DNA from: Candidatus Altimarinota bacterium
GTDB taxonomy: Bacteria > Patescibacteriota > Gracilibacteria > BD1-5 > UBA2023
DNA length: 63,312 nucleotides
Assembly: GCA_028277205.1 (NCBI GenBank)
Contig: JANQGT010000032.1
Coordinates: forward strand, 1 to 63,312
Direction of reading: 5' to 3'
Part shown: piece after piece, positions 53,346-63,312 of the stretch
Layout of the letters: each line of letters begins with the position of its first letter
Numbering within the stretch: position 1 is the first letter of the stretch
Translations under genes and position numbers: made by a program
Notes under the pieces: model-generated
The model's database searches: none
What the model was told of the DNA's origin: nothing
The model's input: only the letters and a program-made list of their open reading frames with translations

Positions 53346-53459
53346 AGAAAAATATGTCAGGAAAGGCGAATTATAGCGAAAAAAGTGGAAATACCAAACG
53401 GATGTGCGTTTTTCGGATTTTTGTGCTATACTGGGGTCAGCTGCTTTTTCGTCGGTAGT

Positions 53460-53834
53460 ATGAGCATGTTTCGCACACTTTTTCTCTTTCTCATCCTTGC
53501 CTGCTGCTGTATCGCTCCGGAGGCTCTGGCGCAGGATGCCGGTGTGTTTGAGGGATCGGGAGTATCGGGGTCGGATCTGCGCGCTGGAAATATCACCTTT
53601 GACGATATTCCCAATATGATCCGGACCGTCACGTCGTTTGTCCTCGGACTCTCGGCGACGATCGCGGTGTTTGCCATCATATTCGGCGCGGTAAAACTCT
53701 CGCTCGGATCCGACGCCATCGGTGGTACCGAGGGAAAAACCGATGCGAAAAATGCTATCATCTACGGTATCGGCGGATTCGTCCTCGCGGTATCATCATG
53801 GGTGATCATCCAGTTTGTCATAAACAATCTGTAA
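53460..53834 (+). CDS. VirB2/TrbC-like (T4SS-type) pilin
   Basis: Signal peptide, then two hydrophobic helices around GKTDAKNAIIYGIGG. Confidence 0.7.
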   Translation: MSMFRTLFLFLILACCCIAPEALAQDAGVFEGSGVSGSDLRAGNITFDDIPNMIRTVTSFVLGLSATIAVFAIIFGAVKLSLGSDAIGGTEGKTDAKNAIIYGIGGFVLAVSSWVIIQFVINNL

Positions 53835-54290
53835 ATGTTTGAGTGGACGTTTCCCGCAAAGCCCGAAAAGAGTCCGACCTGGTATCTGGCGGGGGGTGTC
53901 GTGGCGCTCGCACTCGTCGTATGGGGATTTTTCGTAGAGCTGTATGTGATGAGCGTCGTCGTCATTCTCTTCGTCGGGGTGTACCTGCTGTATGAAAATA
54001 ACGCAAGCGAGACCGTGCGAGTCGTCATGGACGAGGGTGGCGTCAGTGTCGGAGACATGCGCTACGAGTACCAGAGGCTCGCAAAATTTTTGATAGTATT
54101 TCTGGATCGCGAGCCGGTATTTTTACGCCTGGTGGTCCGGGGGACGTTTGGCGGGCAGGTAGATCTGCGTATCGATGCCAATGCTCCGATTTCAGATATT
54201 CGTACCTATCTGGGCGCACAGGGCATAGAGGATGCCGGAGATGAAAATCTGTCCGGTATGGACAAATGGCTCTATATCCTAAAGGTTTAG
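53835..54290 (+). CDS. Two-TM membrane protein with PH-like C-terminal domain
   Basis: EW..PEKSPTWY, two TM helices, DEGGVSVGD..Y; a type commonly seen in CPR genomes. Confidence 0.65.
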   Translation: MFEWTFPAKPEKSPTWYLAGGVVALALVVWGFFVELYVMSVVVILFVGVYLLYENNASETVRVVMDEGGVSVGDMRYEYQRLAKFLIVFLDREPVFLRLVVRGTFGGQVDLRIDANAPISDIRTYLGAQGIEDAGDENLSGMDKWLYILKV

Positions 54291-55279
54291 TCGATCAAAA
54301 CGGAGTGACTGCAGTATTCTGGCACATGTATCGTCTCCGGTATGCACGCCAGTAATTCCGGGTCGAGCGCACAGGAAAACCGGTATCGTTTTCATAAAAA
54401 CTCAAACGAGAGCGCGTACGCATGCAGCCACTGCCGCGAGAGCCGGTATGCTTTCGAAAATTGCCGGTTTGTACTCTCATCGCCATACAGTGCGTCGCCT
54501 GCGACCGGATGCCCGATGGACGCAAAGTGGACGCGAATCTGGTGTGTGCGTCCGGTCAGCAGGGATACGCGTATCAGGGTCGTATCATCGTATCCGCTCC
54601 CGATCACTTCAAAGGCGGTTTTCGCGAGTCTGGGACTGATCGGATCGACTGTCGTCATACATCGTCGGTCGCTCGGATGACGTCCGATGTACGACTCGAT
54701 ATACCCGGTTTTTTCTCTGAAATCTCCGGTCACGAGAGCGAGATAGGTTTTTTCGATTTTTCGATCGTGCATGAGACGCTGGAGCCGATACAGCGCAGAG
54801 TCCGCCTTTGCGATGAGGATGAGCCCGCTCGTATCCCGGTCCAGACGGTGGACGATGCCGGGTCGCCCCGACTGCCCGGTCTCTGCGAGACCGGTTTCGT
54901 ATTTTGATAGCAGTGCATTCACGAGTGTTCACACATTGCCGCCGCGCTGGGGGGTCGGATGCGTATTCATCCGTGCCGGTTTATTGACTACGATAAAGCT
55001 GTCATTTTCATACACGATATCCAGATCCCGGTTTTCCGCCGGGATATCCGACATACTTCGAATGCTCTTTTGCGCTATAAAGATCGTATCGCCGGTATCC
55101 ACGAATACACTTTTTTTTGTCGATTTTCCATTCAGCAGGATGCTGTTTTCTCTGATGAGAGCGTGGATTTGCGAGCGCGATATATCCGGCAATCGCGCCT
55201 GCAGATACCGGTCTATGCGCTCCGGTGCCGGTATTTCCGGGACGATGATTTCCTCTTTATTCGAGGATTTTTCGAGCAT
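54287..55279 (-). CDS. rluD: RluA/RluD family pseudouridine synthase
   Basis: S4 domain (RIDRYL..SRSQI), NKPA, (G)TLVNAL, GIVHRLDRDTSG, TGRTHQIRVH. Confidence 0.92.
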
Positions 55280-55706
55280 AGGGATGGATTTCCGTCTCGT
55301 CAAAAAATCGCGGAATTTCGACTGCCGCGGTCTCGGCACTGTCGGAGGCGTGGATGAGATTGTATCGGATGGTCAGACCGTAGTCGCCGCGGATAGTCCC
55401 GATCGCCGCCTCGGCGCAGTCCGTCGCACCGCAGAGCGCGCGCATGAGTGCGATCGCACCGTCTCCCTCTACGACGAGTGCGACGATGGGACCCTCGGTC
55501 ATATACTTTACTATTTCCGGAAAAAATGGCTTTTCCCGATGAAAAAAGTAGTGCTCTTCGATGAGCGAATCCTGGAGAGCCATCATTTTCATGGCGATGA
55601 TTTTGAGACCTTTTCGCTCGATACGGGAGAGGATCTCGCCGATGAGTCCGCGATGGACGGTATCGGGCTTTAGCAGGAGGAGGGTGCGCTCGACAGCTGC
55701 AGGCAT
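55257..55706 (-). CDS. ndk: Nucleoside diphosphate kinase
   Basis: ERTLLLLKPD, GTIRGDY, NLIHASDS. Confidence 0.96.
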   Translation of the reverse strand: MPAAVERTLLLLKPDTVHRGLIGEILSRIERKGLKIIAMKMMALQDSLIEEHYFFHREKPFFPEIVKYMTEGPIVALVVEGDGAIALMRALCGATDCAEAAIGTIRGDYGLTIRYNLIHASDSAETAAVEIPRFFDETEIHPYARKILE

Positions 55707-55744
55707 ACAGATAGAGAAAAAGAGTAAAAGTGGAACTATTTGCG

Positions 55745-55773
55745 ATTATAGGGAACAAATAGGGAAAACGCAA
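55745..55773 (-). promoter_or_regulatory. sigma70 promoter for ndk-rluD
   Basis: TTGCGT-17 nt-TATAAT. Confidence 0.55.
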
Positions 55774-55947
55774 GAGGGAGTCCGGTACTCGCGGTATTCT
55801 TTACAAAAAATTCACGTTTCAAAAATGGTTTACGATAGCGCCTCTATAGAGAAAATCCTACGCAGTCCAGCTGTATCGGGTAAAAATATATACAAAGCGT
55901 ATCTCAAAAAACACGTCGAATCGTCGAATATCAATCCTGCATCCTCA

Positions 55948-57837
55948 CTACTTCTTCAAAATATTTACAAATGTCTCCGACGGGATACTGACCCGTCCAA
56001 ACTGACGCATGCGCTTTTTCCCCTCCTTTTGCTTTTCCAGGAGTTTTCGCTTTCGTGTCACGTCCCCGCCGTAGAGTTTCGCCGTGACGTCTTTTCTCAG
56101 AGCGCTCAGATCCTCTCGGGCGATGATATTTGCCCCGATCGCCGCCTGGATCGCGATGGCAAACTGTGCACGCGGAATGGACTCTTTGAGTTTTTGGCAG
56201 ATACGCTGTCCGATCGTCCGAGCCTTATCACGATGCACGATCATGCTAAATGCATCGACGATCTCCCCCGCTACCAAAAAATCAAGCTTTACGAGGTCGT
56301 CCGCACGGTATCGGGAAAACTCGTAATTCATACTCGCGTATCCGCTCGAGAGGCTTTTGAGATCATCGTAAAAATCGCCGACGAGCTCTGCCATGGGAAT
56401 GTCATACATCAGCATCGTGCGGTCTCGATCGAGGTATGATTGGTGCGTTACGTTTGCACGTCGATCCTGCGCGAGTCCCATGCAGGCGCCGACGTACTGG
56501 GCGGGCGTCAGGATTTCGAGCTTTGCGATCGGCTCCTCGATAGAGAGAAAGCTTCCTGCTTTTGGAAAATCATCCGGATTTGAAAATGTGATACGCGTGT
56601 GAGTCGCGTCGTTTTCCTCATACACCTCGGGTGACAGTCGCGAAAACTCCTGCGCTCGATCACCGGGTAAAATCACACGATAGGTGACCTGCGGACTCGT
56701 CATGATGACATCCAGCTCGTGCTCGCGCCAGAGCCGCTCACGGACGATATCCAGATGCAGCAGCCCCAGAAATCCCGCCCGAAATCCGTGTCCGAGTGCC
56801 GGGGAGATCTCGTTTTCCATGGTCAGAGCGTCGTCGTTGAGCGAGAGTTTTCCCAGTGCGTCGCGGAGCTTTACGTATTCATCGGCGTCATTGGGATATA
56901 CTCCCGCAAATATAAAGGGTGTCATCCGACGAAATCCGCGGATCGGATGCTTGCTATCTGCATTTCCAAAAAAGAGCGTATCACCCACCTTGGCATCAGA
57001 GACGGATTTCAGACCCGTGACGACATAGCCGATTTGTCCCGCTTCGAGTGTTTTGGTCGGTGTCGTCTTTGGTGTAAACGTGCCGACCTCGATCACCTCC
57101 ATTTTTACCCCGGTATTCAAAAGCTCGACCCGGGATCCGCGTGCGAGCGTCCCGGAAAAGAGCTTTATGTAAATCACGACGCCTTTGTACGGATCGTACT
57201 GCGAGTCAAATATGAGTCCCTTCACGCTGTCGATATCTGCATCCGCATCATCATGAGAGATGAGCTGACTCGTTTGTGACAGACGCTTTGGTGCTGGGAT
57301 GCGCTTTACGACCGTATCGAGGAGCATCTCGACGTTTTCGCCCGTCTTCGCGGAGACGGGGATGATATCGGCGATATCGCATCAGAGCAGACTCGCCACC
57401 TCCGTACTCACGCCCTCCACGTCGGCGCTCGGTAGATCGATTTTATTGAGCACAGGGATGATGACGAGATCGTTTTCCATTGCCAGATACACATTTGAAA
57501 GTGTCTGCGCCTCTACGCCCTGCGTCGCATCCACGACCAGGATAGCGCCCTCCACACTCGCCAGACTCCGCGACACCTCATACTGAAAATCGACGTGCCC
57601 GGGAGTATCGATGAGATTTAGCTCTTGGTCGCGCCATCGCATCCGCACGGGTGCGAGCTTTATGGTGATGCCGCGCTCCTGCTCCAGCTCCATACTATCC
57701 AGCGTCTGTTCTTTCAGTCCGCGTTTGTCGACCGTACCCGTCAGCTCCAGCATGCGATCGGCGAGCGTCGATTTGCCGTGATCGATATGGGCGATGATGC
57801 AGAAATTTCGGATATGATGATCCATACAGGCGGGCAT
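55948..57837 (-). CDS. lepA: Elongation factor 4
   Basis: [59 protein letters not shown]. Confidence 0.97.
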
Positions 57838-57887
57838 TCGAAAATCTAAAGAGTCGACATTATGCGGATTTTCGCGAAAAAATACAG

Positions 57888-57918
57888 AAAAAACACTCTC
57901 GATATGAGAGTGTTTTTT
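57888..57918. terminator. Intrinsic terminator (for the M23-SLH gene)
   Basis: AAAAAACACTCTC-GATAT-GAGAGTGTTTTTT perfect stem. Confidence 0.8.
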
Positions 57919-57994
57919 GATAGACGATCATGAGATCGACGAAAAGAGTTGCTACATGATATTCTATCATATGACAGAATGCATCATATCCGGA

Positions 57995-59599
57995 CTACTC
58001 CCCCCGCTCCCTATAGGTATACACGATGGAAAATGCCTCTTTTCTCGGCAGGGTTTTATGTGGGAAAAACGACTCATCGACATCCGTGTCCAAATCGATA
58101 ATGCGCGCAAACGCTGCGATATGCGCCGCAAAGGGATCAGCTCGTCCGACGTCGGCGAAAATATCGCTATCCGGAGCGGGAAGAGGCAGATCTGCAAACT
58201 CCGTGAGCATCTTTATAAACTCTGCGCGGGTGACAGTGTCGTCCGGACGAAATCGAGAATTTTTCGAGAGAATGCCGGCATCCACGGCAGCATCCAGCTG
58301 CAGCGCAAACGGATCGGCAAGCGATATATCGTCAAATGCAAAACGAACCTCCTCGCTGGGTGTCATGTCAAATGCGCGAAACAGCAGGAGAAACGCCTCT
58401 CGTCGGGTGATATCGTTTTCGACATCGATAAATCCCGTCTCATCTCCATGAATGAGTCCCTCCGCTGCGAGTGCTATGACCCTCGACTCCAGTACGGATC
58501 CTGCGCGCGCGTTTGTCCGAAATGATCGGGGAGCTGATTCCTGCTCTCCATCCTCATCCTGTGCCTGCGTATCCGTGTCGAGACTCGCGACGGAGACGGT
58601 GGACGTATCCACGAGATCGAGACTCGTCTCCGGCTCCTGAAAGATTCCATCCTCCATGATTTTCCTTACCTCGACGGCGGCGAGAGTGATATCCGATTCT
58701 GCACTGTCTTTGGATATACGGGTGGTGTCTGCGACGTTTTTCGCTCAGACACTCTCGTCCGCTACGATAGCCCGCTCCGCTCCCTCCTCATGATCATGGA
58801 CAAACTGCATGGGATGGACGGTATACGCGAGTGCGTTTGCTTTGCCGTATCCGACATTCACCGCGCTGAAAAAATCAAGCCCCTCCTCTGCAATCTCACT
58901 CAATGAAAACGGCCAATAGACATGAAATGGTGCCTCGCTGCGATCTATCTGAAAATGCACGTGGGGTGTCGTCGCGATACCGGTCTGCCCGACGAGTCCC
59001 AGCAGCTCTCATTTTTCTATGGGAGTCCCCGCCTCGACGAGTACCTCCGAGAGATGCAGGTATGACGAATAAAGATCAATCGTATCGCCGCGATACGGGA
59101 CGTCCGAGTGTCGTACCACGACATAGAGTCCGATACCGGTATCGACCGAGACACTTTTGACGACGACGCCATTTGCGATGGAGCGCACAGGTGTCCCGAT
59201 CGGAGTGCGAATATCGACGGCGAGATGACTCCCATCGTACTCGATAGAGTTTCCGCGATAGCTCCCCATGTAGACGACGGGGTAGGTGTATCGCTCACGC
59301 ACAATGTCGGAGTCACTGCGATCGCCGTTTTGCAGGCGGTCGATATCATAGCGCGGTATCGGTAGAAAATCCGAAAGGGCGAAGTCCGTGTATTGTTTGG
59401 TCTTGTTGGTATTATCTGCAGAGAGCCAGTCGGGGACGAGCGCGATGGGATGTACCGTCCCGTCAAACGGCTCGTGCGAGACATTCGCATACTCTAGTAC
59501 CGATCCCTGCAGATAGGGGAGTACGAGACTCGATCCCATATACATGAGAAAGAGCGCGAGATTTATAGTCCAGATAGTTTTGATTTGGAGTGTGCTCAT
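57995..59599 (-). CDS. M23 peptidase with C-terminal SLH domains (534 aa)
   Basis: N-terminal TM; HLAVDIR, YLHLS, TGIATTPHVHFQI; SLH motifs ITRREA, FRPDDTVTRAE, FADV. Confidence 0.88.
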
Positions 59600-59720
59600 G
59601 GGCTTTCGTATGAGTTTTCTTTATGGTAGCATGTTCTTTTGGTTTGCGCAAAAACTTTCGATCGCATTTGCTTTTTAGATGTATCTCGTATACTTTTTGT
59701 TTGCGTCTCGAAACAAGATC

Positions 59721-60176
59721 ATGCTCACGCTCGTACCGCTCGATATTCCGGAGTCGATCACCCTCGATCCGGCAGTGCTTTCGGATATATCGCGGGGTGT
59801 GGATGCGGCGTGCGATCATATACTGCTCTGACGGATACATATCGCCTTCGTCTCCGACGAGCGCATGCGCACGCTAAATGCAGCGTATCGCCATCGGGAT
59901 GAGAGTACCGACGTCCTGTCGTTTGCGTATGTGCAGGTATTCGATGATGCGGATATTGACGCGGGAGATATCGTCCTCTCGCATTCGCATATTCTGGGGC
60001 AGGCGGAGGAGTACGGACATACGCCGGAGGCAGAGACGTATCGGCTCATCGTCCATGCGCTGTTTCATCTGGCGGGCTATGATCACGAGACCGACGAAGA
60101 GTACGCGCAAATGCACGAGAGAGAAAAGCGCGTACTGGCAGTACTTCAAAAGCATCACATCACTTTACGAGCATAG
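59721..60176 (+). CDS. ybeY: rRNA maturation endoribonuclease YbeY
   Basis: LNAAYR..TDVLSF, GDIVLS, HALFHLAGYDH. Confidence 0.93.
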
Positions 60177-60182
60177 TATCCC

Positions 60183-60974
60183 ATGGGAGACAGAGACGTC
60201 ATCATCAAAACGCCCAAGCAAATAGAGGGCATCCGAAATGCCTGTCGGCTCGTCGCGCGCACGCTCGATATGATCGGCGAATACGTGCGTATCGGAGTCT
60301 CTACGCAGGAGCTGGATCATATCTGCCATACATTCATCCGATCGCACGGAGGGACGAGCGCCTGCATCGACTATCTGGGAAACAATCGATGGTGAGCTGA
60401 CGGCTATCCAAAGTGCACGTGCATCTCCCGAAACGATATCATCTGTCACGGCATTCCCCGTGCGGATGAATATCTGGAGGACGGCGATATTCTCAATATC
60501 GATCTGACAGTCATCGTGGACGGCTATTTCGGTGACAGCTCGCGTATGTATCAGGTCGGCACAGTATCGCACGAGCGAAAAAAACTCGTAGAGGATACGC
60601 GCGAAGCGATGATGATCGGCATCGCCGAGATCGCCCCCGGAAAGCGTATGGGAGATATCGGGTACGCCATCTCGCACTACGCGGAGGAGCGCGGATACTC
60701 TGTCGTGCGAGAGTACACGGGACACGGTGTCGGCGTGCGATTTCACGAGTCGCCGTATGTATATCACCGAGCAAAAAAAGGATCGGGAATCAAGATGGTA
60801 CCCGGTATGATCTTTACAGTCGAGCCGATGATAAATCTGGGTACTCATCACACGAAAACCATGCAGGACAACTGGACGGTGCGCACCGAGGACGGACGTG
60901 CGTCCGCACAGTGGGAGCATACCGTACTCGTCACGAAAAAGGGGTACGAGATACTGACTGTATCCGGTGCGTAG
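60183..60974 (+). CDS. map: Methionine aminopeptidase type I
   Basis: CISRNDIICHGIP, DGYFGD, GHGVG..FHE, FTVEPM, AQWEHT. Confidence 0.96.
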
Positions 60975-61018
60975 ACTCGCGGATTTTCTTTCGTACGATA
61001 GGAGATGAGCTGTCCGCA

Positions 61019-63157
61019 TTAGTGCTCGTGATCGCGTATCTGGGCTAAAAACTCCTCTATTCCCATCGTCGGTATGCCGAGTGATTTCGCTTTTTGCAGT
61101 TTTGATCCTGGCTTTTCACCGACGACGAGCATATCGAGTTTTTTGCTGACACTGTCTACGAAGCGCATTCCGGCGGATTTTGCGATCTCGATAATCTGCT
61201 CTCTGGTCATGCCGTCGAAACTTCCGGTGATGCAAAATGTTTTTTCGGATAGACTATATTCAATAATACCCTCGAAAGATATATCCGGCAGGATGATATG
61301 AAGCTCCGGAAAGAGACGCGAGAGCGTCGACTCTCGCGCGGTAAAATAGGCAAATACCGACTGGCTCGCCACCGGTCCCATGTCGGGTATGGACTCCAGA
61401 TCTTCTGCGGACAGCGAGCTGAAAATTTTCAATAGTCTCTCTCCAGTTGGCTTTTCCGTGTCGTTGCGATTGATGCTTTGCGCGAGAAATATCGCAAGCG
61501 ACTGGGCGGTACGACGACCGATATTTGGAATGCCGAGCGCAGTGAGCAGACGATGCAGCGGGACGTGTCGACTGTTTTCTATCGAGGTCAGGAGATTTTC
61601 GACGGACTTTTCGCCGAGTCACTGCATATTGACCAATGTCTCGCGATGCACATACAGATGGTATATCGATGCCATATCGCTGATGAACCCCTCACGACGA
61701 AATCGCTCGATTTGTTTTTTCCCGAGACCGTCGATATTCATGCCGTGTTTGCCTGCAAATGTCTCGAGTCCGCCCTGCAGCTGCGCAGGACATCCCGTCC
61801 GATTCGGACAAAAATACGCGATCTTTCCCGTCTCTTGCTCCAGAGGAGTCTCGCAGGCGGGACACTTTTCGGGCACTCCGACGCGCTTTTCATTTCCATC
61901 TCGCGCTTCGGTGATGACGCTCACGACCTCGGGGATGACCTCGCCCGCCCGCATGAGAAATATCGTATCCCCTTCGTGTGCGTCTTTTGCGGCGAGCTCG
62001 GAGTAGTTGTGCAGAGTGGCACGGGACACTGTGACGCCCCCTACGAGCACGGGATCCAGGATCGCGACGGGTGTGACGATCCCGCTGCGTCCGACGGAGT
62101 GTATGATATGCTGTATGCGTGTACGCGCCAGCTTGGCGGGAAATTTGAATGCGATGGCATAGCGCGGATGGTGTGCCGTCAGTCCCAGATGTTTCCAGAG
62201 ATTCAGATCGTCCACTTTTATCACCAGCCCGTCGATGTCAAATCCGAGTCTGGGACGCTCGGCGGTGATGGCACCGAGTCGCTCGACGAGTGCTTCGAGA
62301 TTTTTCGCACGCTCGAAAAAAATGCCCGAGGTTTCAAATCAGAGCCTTTCAAGTGCTGCGATATACTGCGAATATGTAGAGACGGAAATACCGGTTTTTG
62401 ACCCAAACAATGCGCGAGTTTCCGGCTCCTCCAGATGCGGAAAGCTATAGGCGAAAAACCGGAGCTTGCGTGATTTTGTTACCTTCGGGTCCAGCTGTCT
62501 CACGCTTCCGGATGCGGCGTTTCGCGGATTTGCAAAGAGCTTTTCGCCCGCCTGTTTTCGCGCCTCATTGATCCGGGTAAACTCATCATGCGGCAGGATG
62601 ATCTCGCCGCGGATTTCCACCGACTCTTTATAGGAAATGGTATGGGGAATATTTTGGTCGGTCATGATATTTTGCGTGATGATCTCACCCTCCATACCGT
62701 TTCCCCGTGTGAGCGCACGCACGAGCTGACCCCGCTCATAGGACAGTGAAATCCCGAGTCCGTCAAATTTTACCTCGATGCAGTAGGCGATCGGCTCGTC
62801 GGTTTTCAGGATGTTTCGGATGCGCGCCTCGAAATTGCGGATTTCCTCGATACTGTAGGTATTATCCAGAGAGAGCATTGGGGTCGCGTGCGGACGCTTT
62901 TGAAACTGCTCGTCGGGTGCGACGGCGATGCGACTCGTGGGGGACTCGGGATCAAAATCCCCATATCGCCGCTCCGCCTCGACCAGCTGGGAAAACAGGC
63001 GATCATACTCCTCATCGGAGATGACGGGCGACTCCTGCTGATAGTACAGACGATTGTGCTCGCGCACGATGTCCCGCAGGAGCGGGATGTCTTTTTGCAG
63101 GATGGCTTTTTGGGAAAACAGTCGCGAGGACTCTGCGAGCAGGATCTGGATATCCAT
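61019..63157 (-). CDS. ligA: NAD-dependent DNA ligase
   Basis: KFDG adenylation site, NPRNAASGS, DIDGLVIK, Zn finger CPAC..CPNRTGC, BRCT. Confidence 0.96.
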
Positions 63158-63312
63158 AGTATTCGGCGTGTCGATATTGCCGCCATACTATCGGAAAGTC
63201 TTTTTGCTTCAATACCAAAAAACCCCGAACACCTTGGTAGGCTTCGGAGCTGTAGTGGGATGTCCCGAGTGCGTTTTGCGGTGCGTGCGAATGACGCGAG
63301 AGTGAAAAGCAG

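Noticed and set aside
56590..56676. Short insertion in LepA relative to E. coli
   Set aside because: Probably a surface-loop indel; it cannot be assessed without an alignment.
63200..63312. Weak hairpin and possible RNA at the window end
   Set aside because: No tRNA cloverleaf or convincing stem, and it is truncated by the window edge.

Overview
Bacterial chromosomal segment whose genes only read through if TGA encodes glycine (translation table 25). In-frame TGA falls on invariant Gly positions in RpoB (ATPE*PNIG, QQPL*GKAQ), AtpA ([11 protein letters not shown]), RsmF (DAPCS*EG) and HisS (IS*FPE). This points to a Patescibacteria/CPR genome of the Gracilibacteria or Absconditabacteria type. 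The supplied ORF track is therefore fragmented, and the coordinates below were re-joined by hand using only TAA/TAG as stops. About 53 genes: housekeeping (hisS, ruvC, nusA, rplI, ruvX, uppS, smpB, rsgA, rsmF, clpC, rpoBC, prfA, rel, pheT, rluD, ndk, lepA, ybeY, map, ligA) and an F1-only atp cluster interleaved with RNase HI and Nudix genes. Also present are a MurD2/MurL alternative peptidoglycan pathway, a split MoxR-Bat system with a fused BatA-BatB protein, VKOR/DsbA, and a PmtA-like methyltransferase. Surface or secreted proteins include PKD, 3D, M23-SLH, a VirB2-like pilin, a WxL/pilin-like protein and two unknown secreted proteins. A lower-GC patch holds a Cys-rich CPR-family gene, its frameshifted paralog fragment and a pentapeptide-repeat gene. 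No rRNA, tRNA, CRISPR array or transposase was seen. All calls come from motif recognition by eye, with no database search.
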